NCBI GenBank assembly: GCA_003523055.1
Contig: DPHC01000002.1
Span: 392,933 to 456,932, forward strand
Length of the DNA stretch: 64,000 nt
From: Dehalococcoidia bacterium
Lineage (GTDB): Bacteria; Chloroflexota; Dehalococcoidia; Lucifugimonadales; UBA3495
Direction of reading: 5' to 3'
Shown piece after piece: positions 10,371 through 20,343 of this stretch (its first letter is position 1; each line of letters starts with the position of its first letter). The notes under the pieces are model-generated. The model had not been told where the DNA came from. It saw only the letters and a program-made list of their open reading frames with translations, and ran no database searches. The translations under genes were made by a program, and so were the position numbers.

Positions 10371-10691
10371 CTACCATCTCATTAAATCAAATTCATCCAC
10401 ATTTACTGAAGACTTATTTTTAAATATTCTTAATACCAACGCCAAGGCCAATCCTACTTCTGCCGCTGCAATTGTAATAATAAATATTGCAATTATATGA
10501 CCATCAAAATTAGAGAACATACCACTGCCTTCATGTACTGCAGCAGCAGCTACAAAATTGATATTAACCGCATTCAGCATCAATTCTATGGCCATGATTA
10601 TCAAAATTGCACTTCTTCTGGACAGAACTCCGTAAAGACCAATTCCAAACAACAACACACTCAGTATATTAATATAGAACAAAGGAACCAT
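10371..10691 (-). CDS. nuoK: NADH-quinone oxidoreductase subunit K
   Basis: 106 aa, three-helix small membrane subunit (MAIELMLNAVNINFVA), in operon position. Confidence 0.88.
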   Translation of the reverse strand: MVPLFYINILSVLLFGIGLYGVLSRRSAILIIMAIELMLNAVNINFVAAAAVHEGSGMFSNFDGHIIAIFIITIAAAEVGLALALVLRIFKNKSSVNVDEFDLMRW

Positions 10692-11186
10692 TTAATTGTC
10701 TCCTTTGTCTGATCTTGCGATAACTATTGCTCCGATAAGGGCGACCAACAATACCAAAGATGCCAGTTCAAAAGGTATAGCCCAAGTCGTAAACAAAGAA
10801 GTTCCCAATTCTTGAACAGTGGCTTCTTGTATCATGTCAGGTTGTATCGGATAAGTTTTATAATATGCTGCAGATAATGTGACCATAACAGAAATTGCTA
10901 TAACTCCCGCTATAGGCCAAAGTTTATGATTGCTAATTCTGGGATAGTCATCATTACGAGTTAGCATCAAGGCAAACAATATCACTATAACTATAGCTCC
11001 ACCATATATCAATAATTGAACTACAGCCAAAAATTCTGTTAATAATACTAAGTAAATGCCAGATACGCTTAATAAAGCAATTAAAAGAGACAATGCTGCA
11101 TGAATAATGTTTTTTGAAAGGACTACTCCTAAAGAGCAACCTAGCAACACAATTGAGATTAAAATAAATACAATAAAATGCATCAT
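10692..11186 (-). CDS. nuoJ: NADH-quinone oxidoreductase subunit J
   Basis: 164 aa membrane subunit, abuts nuoK with no gap, in operon position. Confidence 0.82.
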   Translation of the reverse strand: MMHFIVFILISIVLLGCSLGVVLSKNIIHAALSLLIALLSVSGIYLVLLTEFLAVVQLLIYGGAIVIVILFALMLTRNDDYPRISNHKLWPIAGVIAISVMVTLSAAYYKTYPIQPDMIQEATVQELGTSLFTTWAIPFELASLVLLVALIGAIVIARSDKGDN

Positions 11187-11254
11187 CTACAATTGCACGT
11201 TGTAATAATTAATTTGTGATTTATGTAACAACATAACTTCCTATTTGTATTTTA

Positions 11255-11731
11255 TTAAGATTCAGATGACGGAGTCCAATTAGTTTCTTTTTGATACTTT
11301 TCACCCATTTCAAGCAATACATCAAGTTTCACTCTACTTCCGTCTCTAGTAGTGCCACTTTCTTCGTGTTCGTGGGTCATAACTATTGCATCAAAATTGC
11401 AAACATCTACGCAAATCCCACATAATATACACCTGTTTAAGTTTATCTCAAAGATATCAACAATCTTTCTACGTTTTGTAAGTTGTTGCTCAAATTTAGG
11501 GTTGTCCTTCATAGTAGCAGTCATGCATTGAGTAGGGCAATTTCTAATACAAACCATACATCCAGTACAGAAAGGTTCTTCAACTTTACTATCCCATGTT
11601 AATCCAGGAAAACCCATGAATTTATCTTGCAAAACAGTAGGGTTCTCAGGATATTGCTTTGTAACTGGTTTACGTAATCCTTGTAATGTTGATGCAAGGG
11701 TTTGCATCATTCCTTTTACACTACTTAACAT
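11255..11731 (-). CDS. nuoI: NADH-quinone oxidoreductase subunit I (2x[4Fe-4S] ferredoxin-type)
   Basis: 158 aa with two cluster motifs, CTGCMVCIRNCP and CILCGICVDVCNFDA. Confidence 0.9.
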   Translation of the reverse strand: MLSSVKGMMQTLASTLQGLRKPVTKQYPENPTVLQDKFMGFPGLTWDSKVEEPFCTGCMVCIRNCPTQCMTATMKDNPKFEQQLTKRRKIVDIFEINLNRCILCGICVDVCNFDAIVMTHEHEESGTTRDGSRVKLDVLLEMGEKYQKETNWTPSSES

Positions 11732-11743
11732 TATAATCTCTCT

Positions 11744-12856
11744 TTATTTATTCTCAGATATTTGAAGTCTTGCAATTACTTCAGCGACTTTTTTGGCAGG
11801 GGCGGTAATATGTCTATAAATAACATATCCTACCACTCCTAATCCTACTATTGACATGATACTTAGTACCCACCACGGGAATCCATAAAAAACACACACT
11901 GCAGAAACTAAAACGGAATAAAATGATAATGGAACCATCACTTTCCAAGCAAAGGCCATTAATTGGTCAATTCTCAATCTAGGCAAAGATCCTCGAATCC
12001 AAAATATAACCAAAATAACTATATATACTTTCAGAAGGAGCCATACTATTCCAGGTAATATAGGGCCGGCCCATCCACCTAAAAACAGTAAAACTGTTAG
12101 AGTCGCTATCGCAAACGTGTTTATATATTCTGACAAGAAAAACACTGCCCAATGAGCTCCACTATATTCTACAAACGGGCCCCCAACTATTTCTGATTCC
12201 GCAAAGTAAATGTCAAAAGGAGTTCTCCCAACTTCAGCCAATCCAGCAACAAAAAACACAACTAGAGCTAAAGGGTGAATTAATGCAAATGGTACCGGAT
12301 GTTGTAAATTAACAATCTCTATTAAGTTAAATGTTTGAGTCAATATGGCTATTGAAACTAAAATCATTATCAAAGGTATTTCATAACTTATCAGCTGCGC
12401 AGCTGCTCTCAATCCACCTATGACACCATATTTATTAGCAGATCCCCACCCTGCTAATACTAATCCTAAAATTCCTAAAACTCCCACAGCACCTATATAA
12501 AACAATCCCATGTTTTCTAAATTTTCAACTACAATATCAGGTGTGAATGGAATTGTGACCCATAGCATAAAAGAAGATATAACTACTATAATAGGCGCCA
12601 TCCAAAAAATAACACGTTCTGATTCATTAGGAATGATATCTTCTTTCAAAACTAATTTCACAGCATCTGCTATAGGTTGCAGTAATCCAAACGGACCAGT
12701 CCTAGTAGGGCCAAGTCGTAGTTGTAGCCTACCTAACGCTTTGCGTTCTAACCACACGAGAGATAAAACGATCACCGCTAGAAACGAAAACAATATGAGC
12801 AGATCCATCAGTCTGGTAATTCCATATTGAACAGTAAACATTGATAATAAGTTCAT
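11744..12856 (-). CDS. nuoH: NADH-quinone oxidoreductase subunit H
   Basis: 370 aa polytopic protein containing RLQLRLGPTRTGPFGLLQPIADAVKL and EVGRTPFD, both typical of NuoH/ND1. Its ATG overlaps the nuoD TGA (ATGA). Confidence 0.92.
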   Translation of the reverse strand: MNLLSMFTVQYGITRLMDLLILFSFLAVIVLSLVWLERKALGRLQLRLGPTRTGPFGLLQPIADAVKLVLKEDIIPNESERVIFWMAPIIVVISSFMLWVTIPFTPDIVVENLENMGLFYIGAVGVLGILGLVLAGWGSANKYGVIGGLRAAAQLISYEIPLIMILVSIAILTQTFNLIEIVNLQHPVPFALIHPLALVVFFVAGLAEVGRTPFDIYFAESEIVGGPFVEYSGAHWAVFFLSEYINTFAIATLTVLLFLGGWAGPILPGIVWLLLKVYIVILVIFWIRGSLPRLRIDQLMAFAWKVMVPLSFYSVLVSAVCVFYGFPWWVLSIMSIVGLGVVGYVIYRHITAPAKKVAEVIARLQISENK

Positions 12857-13968
12857 CTGTCGACTTCTCCAAGAACTATATCCAATGAACCCAATATGAC
12901 TACTGAATCAGCAATCCATGCATCTTTTAGCATTACCTGGAGAGCCGATAAATTGCAAAATGACGGAGGCCTAACTTTAAGTCTATATGGTTTATCTGTT
13001 CCATCACTTATTAAGTATATTCCTATTTCACCTCTTGGATTTTCAGCTTTTACATACACTTCACCTTTAGGAGGTCTGATAAGTCTTCTTCCTAAAGGTG
13101 ACTCCACAGATCCTTGAGGAAGTTTGTTTATAGCTTGTTCAACTATTCTAAGTGATTCATGCATTTCCTGAACTCTGACCCAATGTCTATCCCAACAATC
13201 TCCATCCAATCCAATCGGTATATCAAATTCAAATTGATTGTAAATGGAATATGGCTCTGTTTTTCTCACATCATAACTAACACCTGAACCTCGTAAGCAT
13301 GGTCCAGTGAGTCCAAAGTCAATAGCTGCTTCTTTATTAATTACTCCTATTCCTTTCGTGCGACTTAAAAATATTTCATTAAATGTTAATAGTTTTTCTG
13401 TTTCATCTATGTCACGTTTGATTAATGGAATTATTTTGTTAACAGACGAAACAAAATCAGCAGGCACATCCTCTCGTAATCCTCCAATTTTGAAATAGTT
13501 ATGCATCATTCGGGCACCTGAGATAGATTCAAAAAGAGTTTGGATTCTGTCTCTTCCAATAAATGAATATAAGGCTGGAGTCATAGCCCCAGCATCCAAT
13601 CCAATAGTTCCAACATACAAAAGATGGCTTGCTATCCGATTCAATTCAGACAATATAACTCGAACATATTCTGTTCTTTCTGAAACTTCTATATCCAGTA
13701 ATTTTTCAACTGCCCTGCAATATATAAATTCATTATTGAAATTTGCCAAGTAATCGAGCCTATCAAACAAAGTCACTACTTGATGATATTGCTCCCCTTC
13801 ACTTAGTTTTTCAGAGCCTCTATGTAGATATCCAATATGTGGGGTAACATCAATGATTTTCTCTCCATCAATTCTAAGCTCCATTCTAAAAACACCATGG
13901 GTAGAAGGATGCTGCGGGCCCATGTTCAGCATCATGTCAACGGTTTGTCCGTTATTATCATGTATCAT
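12853..13968 (-). CDS. nuoD: NADH-quinone oxidoreductase subunit D
   Basis: 371 aa. Contains NMGPQHPSTHGV and ends in the family-typical GEVDR followed by TGA. Confidence 0.95.
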   Translation of the reverse strand: MIHDNNGQTVDMMLNMGPQHPSTHGVFRMELRIDGEKIIDVTPHIGYLHRGSEKLSEGEQYHQVVTLFDRLDYLANFNNEFIYCRAVEKLLDIEVSERTEYVRVILSELNRIASHLLYVGTIGLDAGAMTPALYSFIGRDRIQTLFESISGARMMHNYFKIGGLREDVPADFVSSVNKIIPLIKRDIDETEKLLTFNEIFLSRTKGIGVINKEAAIDFGLTGPCLRGSGVSYDVRKTEPYSIYNQFEFDIPIGLDGDCWDRHWVRVQEMHESLRIVEQAINKLPQGSVESPLGRRLIRPPKGEVYVKAENPRGEIGIYLISDGTDKPYRLKVRPPSFCNLSALQVMLKDAWIADSVVILGSLDIVLGEVDR

Positions 13969-13994
13969 AAGTAAAATAAACCTGAAAAGTTAAT

Positions 13995-14504
13995 TTAAAA
14001 TTCATCATATTCGTAAAATGGGTAATCTTTCCGCCCTGGATATCCTTCGAATCCTTCATAAAGTAAAAGGGGAGACATATCTTCATTACCGTCAAATAAA
14101 ATACCATACAAATCATGGATTTCGCGCTCATACCAATTTGCAGCAGCCCATATATTTGCAACAGAATCAATGCTTTGGTCATAATTTAAATTGGATTTAA
14201 TGACCAACGTCTCATTATTATTTAAGGAATAAATAATATATACGATTTGAGCATAGTCTTCATAATCAACACCAGCCATACATAACAGCATTTGGCCATC
14301 AATCGTAGGATCATTCTTAATAAATGAGCAGATGTGGTTCACGTCTCCCGAGCCTACTAACATTGTAGGTATGCCATCAGTCAAAGAGAATGTCAAATTA
14401 TCAAAATTTTTATAATTTGACATGGCATTCTTGAGGGATAAAACGCCTGGATCATTAACAGAAATATCTTGTATTTCTTCTTCTGCAGGAGTATCACTAT
14501 CCAT
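13995..14504 (-). CDS. nuoC: NADH-quinone oxidoreductase subunit C
   Basis: 169 aa. Contains [14 protein letters not shown], typical of the NuoC/30-kDa subunit. Overlaps nuoB by 8 nt. Confidence 0.85.
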   Translation of the reverse strand: MDSDTPAEEEIQDISVNDPGVLSLKNAMSNYKNFDNLTFSLTDGIPTMLVGSGDVNHICSFIKNDPTIDGQMLLCMAGVDYEDYAQIVYIIYSLNNNETLVIKSNLNYDQSIDSVANIWAAANWYEREIHDLYGILFDGNEDMSPLLLYEGFEGYPGRKDYPFYEYDEF

Positions 14505-15027
14505 TAGACTTGGAATCCTTCATGATTTTGTCTTGTAATTTTGTTATTCCATAAAGAAGGGCTTCTGGCCGAGGAGGGCATCCAGGAACATATATATCAA
14601 CTGGAATTATGTGGTCTACTCCCATAACTACTGAGTAAGATTTGTAGTATGGGCCTCCATTAGTAGCACAGCTTCCCATCGCTATAACCCATTTAGGTTC
14701 AGGCATTTGTTCATATAACAATCTAATTGGTTCTTCCATTTTTCTCACCACGGTTCCAGCTACTATCATTACATCCGATTGCCGTGGAGAAGGCCAAGTT
14801 ACTACTCCGAATCTATCTAAATCATAATGAGACATATAAGTTGACATCATTTCGATAGCGCAGCACGCAAGGCCAAAACTCAGAGTCCATAAGGACGATT
14901 TTCTTGCCATACCAAACAATTGTTCTTTAGTAGTAGTAATTACTCCTGGTACTTTTGATCCTAACAAACTATCAAATCTGCTTTTACCAGGTTGATTCCC
15001 CAATTGTGGGTTAATTATTTCTGCCAT
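14497..15027 (-). CDS. nuoB: NADH-quinone oxidoreductase subunit B
   Basis: 176 aa. N2-cluster cysteines lie in [20 protein letters not shown] and PGCPPRPE. Confidence 0.95.
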   Translation of the reverse strand: MAEIINPQLGNQPGKSRFDSLLGSKVPGVITTTKEQLFGMARKSSLWTLSFGLACCAIEMMSTYMSHYDLDRFGVVTWPSPRQSDVMIVAGTVVRKMEEPIRLLYEQMPEPKWVIAMGSCATNGGPYYKSYSVVMGVDHIIPVDIYVPGCPPRPEALLYGITKLQDKIMKDSKSNG

Positions 15028-15395
15028 TCAAAAACACCTTTTCTCCAGCCATAAAATATCGCGAAAAACAAGATGAATAAAAACATCATCATTGCATAAA
15101 ATGGCAATACATTACCTAATTCTTTTTGTGCAAGGAACACTAGAGCCCACGGAAAAAGGAAAACTGCTTCTACATCAAATATCAAAAATAAAATTCCGAA
15201 AATATAAAATCGGAAATTTATATTTGCCCAAAAAAATCCTGTACTAGGTATGCCACATTCATATGTAGTCAATTTTAAACTAGATTTTCTTCTTGAACTA
15301 AATAAAAATGAAGCTACAAATAATCCCATAATAGCTCCACCTCCCACTATTACGGACAATCCAACAGAAAACCAATCATTAATGAACGCTTCCAT
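15015..15395 (-). CDS. nuoA: NADH-quinone oxidoreductase subunit A
   Basis: 126 aa, three-helix protein containing YECGIPS and FLIFDVE. First gene of the operon; overlaps nuoB by 13 nt. Confidence 0.85.
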   Translation of the reverse strand: MEAFINDWFSVGLSVIVGGGAIMGLFVASFLFSSRRKSSLKLTTYECGIPSTGFFWANINFRFYIFGILFLIFDVEAVFLFPWALVFLAQKELGNVLPFYAMMMFLFILFFAIFYGWRKGVFEWQK

Positions 15396-15508
15396 TTAAT
15401 TTGCAAATTCCTTTTCTTTAAATCTTGTCTTGTACCATATGATTCAGAGGCACAGCTTTTAGAATATCATCTAGAATATTTTTAATCAATTTGAACATTT
15501 ATTATTAA

Positions 15509-16687
15509 TCATCTTTGATCTCTTATTTCTGACGATGATATATCGGACCGAAATTTGTTTTCTTCAATCTCTACGAACAAGTCATGAAACATATCTGGCA
15601 AGTTTAGGTCCGTAATTCGTTTGAATGATCCCTTATGAACTCTTCCAGCAACATAAAATATTATTCCTCTGGATTTCATATCCAACAGAGATTCAATCAT
15701 GTCTTGTTTGTTTTCATAATACTTTTCATCAATAATTCTCCGAGCAGTATCCCAACCAATTAAAAAGTTACGAATAGGAATTTTTTTTGATTTTCCGATA
15801 AACGTAGGTTGATTAGTGACTAACACTGACGCCTGGCCTAAGAATTGTGATTGTCTATCAATTATTTCTTCTGGGAGCAAAGGTGGTTTATCAACATTTG
15901 CAATAGATATTTCGTAAATAACTTCAACAGGAGAATCATTTTCTATTACTTGTACTAACTTCTTGTGACCATCGTGCAGTGGATTAAAAGAACCTGGGAA
16001 AACCATATATTGAATTGCTTCTGGTAGATTATATGAGATACCTCCATCAGGAGTAAATTTCAAATATGGAATTTTGTTATCAGATAACAGATTCATCTGT
16101 GTAGTTGCTGATACTTCATCAATTTGAATTACTTCTCCAGATTTTAATAAATGACCGATTGGAAATTTAATTCCTGCTTGCTGTGCCACAACACTAATTA
16201 ATAAACTACTTACTACTAAATCTTCTTCTGCTCTAGTCCTTTCACCTTTGTTCAAAACCAGCAAATAAGTTTTAATAGAATCTTTTGAACAAGCAGCTAT
16301 AATAGCCCTATGGTCTCCTTTTTTTATCCTATTAGTAGCAATAGCCGCAGTGCACGATATTCCTACCATATTGCTGGACCGCCCTCCGCAACTATACCCT
16401 GCAATATATGATTGCACAGCCATTGAGATCGCTGTGTCAGTAGACACGATGCTATCAGGCATATATCCCAGAAAGTTCTTCATAGACGCTTCTGCATATG
16501 GAACTACAATCTCTACGATAGTATTAGATGCTCCTGGAACATTCAACATCCAACTTATTGAGTGATTACCAGCCCCTGCTATAGACATTGATAATTTCAA
16601 ATCTGATTCGTGAATTTTCTCTATGGTTTCATTCGTAAAATTATCCATAAAACCTACATAAGTACACAATTTCCATAAGTATTCCAT
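15509..16687 (-). CDS. Two-domain protein: a CinA-C/PncC-like N-terminal half fused to a NadD-like (HxGH) nucleotidyltransferase C-terminal half
   Basis: 392 aa. The N-terminal half (SIAGAGNHSISWMLNVPGASNTIVEIVVPYAEASMKNFLG) resembles the CinA C-terminal (NMN deamidase) pattern. The C-terminal half has FPGSFNPLHDGH (HxGH motif) and a terminal DISSSEIR (ISSTxIR-like) as in nicotinate-nucleotide adenylyltransferases. Confidence 0.55.
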   Translation of the reverse strand: MEYLWKLCTYVGFMDNFTNETIEKIHESDLKLSMSIAGAGNHSISWMLNVPGASNTIVEIVVPYAEASMKNFLGYMPDSIVSTDTAISMAVQSYIAGYSCGGRSSNMVGISCTAAIATNRIKKGDHRAIIAACSKDSIKTYLLVLNKGERTRAEEDLVVSSLLISVVAQQAGIKFPIGHLLKSGEVIQIDEVSATTQMNLLSDNKIPYLKFTPDGGISYNLPEAIQYMVFPGSFNPLHDGHKKLVQVIENDSPVEVIYEISIANVDKPPLLPEEIIDRQSQFLGQASVLVTNQPTFIGKSKKIPIRNFLIGWDTARRIIDEKYYENKQDMIESLLDMKSRGIIFYVAGRVHKGSFKRITDLNLPDMFHDLFVEIEENKFRSDISSSEIRDQR

Positions 16688-16874
16688 TATGGCTTACGAT
16701 TGTATATACATTAGATAACACATTATGGGAATTATTGTTAAAACAATACAAAGTTCACAGTATTAAAAACATATTAATTATTTTAGACATCGAATTGTTT
16801 GTCAATCATATATTTCACATCCTGTATATGTTAGATTATGTTGACTGATATATACGAAATAAACGGAGTGAAAA

Positions 16875-18119
16875 ATGAAGGCTTTTGTTGGAGCAGACCT
16901 TATAAATGGATCGACAGATGTGATACAAAAAAATCACATCTTAATAGTAGACGGAGCAAACATCCACAGCATAATTCCAAACACTGATGAAAATCAAGAT
17001 TTATTAGAAAGCATGGAAGAAATATACAATGTCCAAGGCTGTACAATCTTACCCGGTTTAATTGATTGCCATGAACATGTAGCATCTAAAAATTATGAAT
17101 TAATTACTAGATGGAACTTGGACGAGCCTGCATCTACCACCTCAATCAGAACCTTCAAAGTTCTTGAAGACACACTCCAGTCGGGGTATACATCAATACG
17201 AGACGCTGGCGGGTTAGATTATGGATATAAACTGGCTATAGAAGAAGGCATATGGCAAGGACCTCGGCTAATACTCGCAATCAGCATTATGTCTCAAACA
17301 GGCGGGATCGGAGACAGAATCAGTGGCTCCGGTCATATTAACTCAATTATTAATAACCCCTTACTACCTAATGCAGTGGTTGACGGAGAAGAGCAAATAC
17401 AACATAAGCTAAGGGAGCTTGTTAGATGCGGAGCAGATGTTATAAAAATAGCTACTACTGGAGGTGCAAGTTCTAGGCAAGGCTTAGGTCCGCGAGATAC
17501 TTCTTTTAGTCGATCTGAAGTGCGATTCATAATTGATGAAAGCACACGGCTGAATAAGAAAGTTATGTGCCATGCTCTAGGAGGCCCTGGGTTAAGGGTT
17601 TGCATTGAAGAGGGAGTCCATTCAATAGAACATGGTTGCTATCTCGGAGAAGACCCAGACTTACTCAAAATTATGGCAGAATCCAATATGTTTCTAGTGC
17701 CTACTTTCACTGTATATGATTACCACAAACAATACAGTGCTCCTCATGTCCAAGAAAGGGCACAGCTTTTAATAGATAAGCATCGCCAGAGTTTTGAATT
17801 AGCAATGAAAAATGATGTGAAAATTGTTGCTGGAACTGACGCTGGAGGATTTGTGCATGGTGATAATGCTAGAGAATTAGAATTATTGGTGGAAAATGGT
17901 ATGAGTCCATTAAATGCTATTAAAGCAGCTACTGGCGTAGCTGCAGAATGTTTAACAATGGAAGATACGATAGGCTCATTGACTGTCGGACATAAAGCCG
18001 ATCTTTTAATAATGAAAGAAGATCCTCTAAAAAACATTTCTATTCTTAGGGATCGAAACAAAATTAAGTACGTTTTTAAAGACGGTAACAATATTGAATT
18101 GTCAAAAAGGATAATCTAA
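16875..18119 (+). CDS. Amidohydrolase-superfamily metal-dependent hydrolase (COG1228-like)
   Basis: 414 aa. Contains ILPGLIDCHEHV near the N-terminus, then HALG, IEHG and GTDAG motifs. Confidence 0.8.
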   Translation: MKAFVGADLINGSTDVIQKNHILIVDGANIHSIIPNTDENQDLLESMEEIYNVQGCTILPGLIDCHEHVASKNYELITRWNLDEPASTTSIRTFKVLEDTLQSGYTSIRDAGGLDYGYKLAIEEGIWQGPRLILAISIMSQTGGIGDRISGSGHINSIINNPLLPNAVVDGEEQIQHKLRELVRCGADVIKIATTGGASSRQGLGPRDTSFSRSEVRFIIDESTRLNKKVMCHALGGPGLRVCIEEGVHSIEHGCYLGEDPDLLKIMAESNMFLVPTFTVYDYHKQYSAPHVQERAQLLIDKHRQSFELAMKNDVKIVAGTDAGGFVHGDNARELELLVENGMSPLNAIKAATGVAAECLTMEDTIGSLTVGHKADLLIMKEDPLKNISILRDRNKIKYVFKDGNNIELSKRII

Positions 18120-18125
18120 GTCAAG

Positions 18126-18872
18126 ATGGCTCCCATCAATTTCCATATATTAAGTATATTCCCAGATATGTTTGAAGGGTTTAAAAAATCTAGTATCATT
18201 AGCCGAGCTATAAACAATGGGTTTGTAACAATTTCAATTTATGATATTCGTCAATTTACTGATGACAAACATAATACTACAGATGATTATCAGTTCGGTG
18301 GCGGTACTGGCATGGTAATGAAACCGGAACCAATATATTACGCGGTTAAATACATCTTGAAAAACTGTGCCGACATCAACAATACACCTGTAATATTATT
18401 AACACCTCAAGGAACATTGTTTAGCCAAGAAGCAGCTCAAGGTTTTTCTACATACTCAGATATTATATATATATGTGGTCATTACACTGGTATAGACGAA
18501 AGAATAAAAGATTTGTTAGTCACACATGAAATCAGTATAGGAGATTTCATAGTCACCGGTGGAGAAATACCGGCAATGTTAGTATGTGATTGTATATCTA
18601 GGTGTATACCTGGGGTCATCGGAGCACAAAGCAATGTTGAATCAGATTCGATAACTTCCGGTCTACTTGAACACCCTTTATATACCAGACCTAGAAGCTT
18701 TAAGGGAATGGACGTTCCTGACATTTTAGTAAATGGCGACCATAATAAAATATCAACTTGGAGACGGAAAGAATCTTTGAAACGAACATTGTTAACCAGG
18801 CCTGATCTACTAGAGAAATACCCTTTGAGCCTATCTGACCAAAATTTATTGCATGAATTACAAGATGAATAA
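18126..18872 (+). CDS. trmD: tRNA (guanine37-N1)-methyltransferase
   Basis: 248 aa. Contains DDYQFGGGTGMVMKPEP and GHYTGIDERI, typical TrmD motifs. Confidence 0.93.
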   Translation: MAPINFHILSIFPDMFEGFKKSSIISRAINNGFVTISIYDIRQFTDDKHNTTDDYQFGGGTGMVMKPEPIYYAVKYILKNCADINNTPVILLTPQGTLFSQEAAQGFSTYSDIIYICGHYTGIDERIKDLLVTHEISIGDFIVTGGEIPAMLVCDCISRCIPGVIGAQSNVESDSITSGLLEHPLYTRPRSFKGMDVPDILVNGDHNKISTWRRKESLKRTLLTRPDLLEKYPLSLSDQNLLHELQDE

Positions 18873-19380
18873 TAATATCTCAGAAATAAATCACGAAGGC
18901 CCAGCACGATTTACCACTGAAGTTCGTGTTCGATGGTCAGAGTGTGACCGCCAAGGAATTGTTTTCAATGGAGCATACTTAGAATATCTAGAAATAGCAT
19001 TGTCAGAATACTTTAGAAATCTAGGATATAGTATTTACGCCTTATCTGAAACTGGCTATTTTGACACTGTAGTTGCAAAAGCTGAATTAACTTTTTTAAA
19101 ACCATCAAAAGTAGATGACACACTGCAATTATCTGCAAGAATCAGTCATCTAGGTAATACTAGCATAAATTTCAAAGTAACTATCACTCGCGGTAACAAC
19201 GAAGAAACAATAAGCACAATTGACGCAGTGTATGTCGGGTATTGTGTTAAAACCTTCGAAAAAATGTCTATACCTGAAGATATACGTGTTTTGGTATCAA
19301 CGTATGAAAACACAGGTAATATTATAAGTTTAGACCAACTACCAAATTTACATGGAGCTCTATTAAAAATCTCTAATTAA
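18853..19380 (+). CDS. Acyl-CoA thioesterase, hotdog fold (4HBT/YbgC-like)
   Basis: 175 aa. VRVRWSECDRQGIVFNGAYLEYLE is typical of YbgC-type thioesterases. The start may be the ATG at 18865, which would reduce the overlap with trmD. Confidence 0.7.
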   Translation: MNYKMNNNISEINHEGPARFTTEVRVRWSECDRQGIVFNGAYLEYLEIALSEYFRNLGYSIYALSETGYFDTVVAKAELTFLKPSKVDDTLQLSARISHLGNTSINFKVTITRGNNEETISTIDAVYVGYCVKTFEKMSIPEDIRVLVSTYENTGNIISLDQLPNLHGALLKISN

Positions 19381-19400
19381 AAGCGTTTTATGTAATTGAT

Positions 19401-20312
19401 TCATGACATGAAAATCGGATGAGAGTCAGTATTAATGCGTTTTTCTTCACTGATAGCGTCGCGTAAATATTTAGGCAGTGCAAACATATGTTGATGAGAT
19501 ATACGATCATAATACCTGAGTGGTATGTTTAATTTATCAGAAATATTTTTTTCAAAATCGCCATTACTATGAAAATCTATTTCTGCTTTAGATCCTATAG
19601 TAAAGCCCCACGGCATCCCAAATGCAGGAATATGGACATGGTAACTTACAACAAAAGGAAATACTTCTCCAATTGTGTTAACTAATGGTGTGTAACATTC
19701 TGTGCAATTAATCAAATCAGCCGGACCAGACTGAGTGACCATACTACCGGATGCAGTCAACCTATCGTACACAATTTGATAAAATTCTTTGGTGTAAAGC
19801 TGATAGGCAGTACCTTCTTCAAGTGGGTCAACCAGATCTAATATTGCTACGTCATATTTTTTTTCAGTATTAAGCAAAAAAGCCCTTGCATCAGTGTGGA
19901 AAAGAGATAATTTATTGTTATCAAACGAGCCTTTATGATGGTTAGGTAAAAACTTTTTACTTAATTCAATAACTTGTTGGTCTAGATCCACCATGTCTAT
20001 TTCAGTAGTCGAAATATGATTGAGAGATTCTCTCAACGTAGCTCCTTCTCCCCCTCCCCCAATAAATATTCTTTGAGGCTCATTCTGTAAAAACATTACA
20101 GGGTGAACCAAAGATTCATGATATATATGCTCGTCAACTTCTGTTGATTGAGTCTTTCCATCCAGGATCAGGCTACGACCAAAGATATTAGATTCTATAA
20201 TGTCTACTTTTTGATAATTCGTATTCCCTGCATACACTACTTGTTTGACTTTGAGCATTGTAGCTAATTCCGGGGATAAATTTTCCACATACCAATTTCC
20301 TGACGAATCCAC
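19401..20312 (-). CDS. speE: Spermidine synthase (polyamine aminopropyltransferase)
   Basis: 303 aa. Contains YHESLVHP, IGGGGEGATLRE and VAILDLVDP. Lies downstream of speH. Confidence 0.9.
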   Translation of the reverse strand: MDSSGNWYVENLSPELATMLKVKQVVYAGNTNYQKVDIIESNIFGRSLILDGKTQSTEVDEHIYHESLVHPVMFLQNEPQRIFIGGGGEGATLRESLNHISTTEIDMVDLDQQVIELSKKFLPNHHKGSFDNNKLSLFHTDARAFLLNTEKKYDVAILDLVDPLEEGTAYQLYTKEFYQIVYDRLTASGSMVTQSGPADLINCTECYTPLVNTIGEVFPFVVSYHVHIPAFGMPWGFTIGSKAEIDFHSNGDFEKNISDKLNIPLRYYDRISHQHMFALPKYLRDAISEEKRINTDSHPIFMS

Positions 20313-20343
20313 TAAATATCCTTTTAATTAATTAACTTTGAAT

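Noticed and set aside
13958-14182. 74-aa minus-strand ORF spanning the nuoC/nuoD junction
   Set aside because: It is out of frame with, and overlaps, both nuoC and the start of nuoD. It is explained by chance in AT-rich sequence.
15396-15508. Candidate nuo promoter (minus strand: TTGATT, 17 nt, TATTCT) and the duplicated ATATTCTA motif
   Set aside because: Both hexamers match the consensus at only 4 of 6 positions in a very AT-rich spacer, which is not distinguishable from background.
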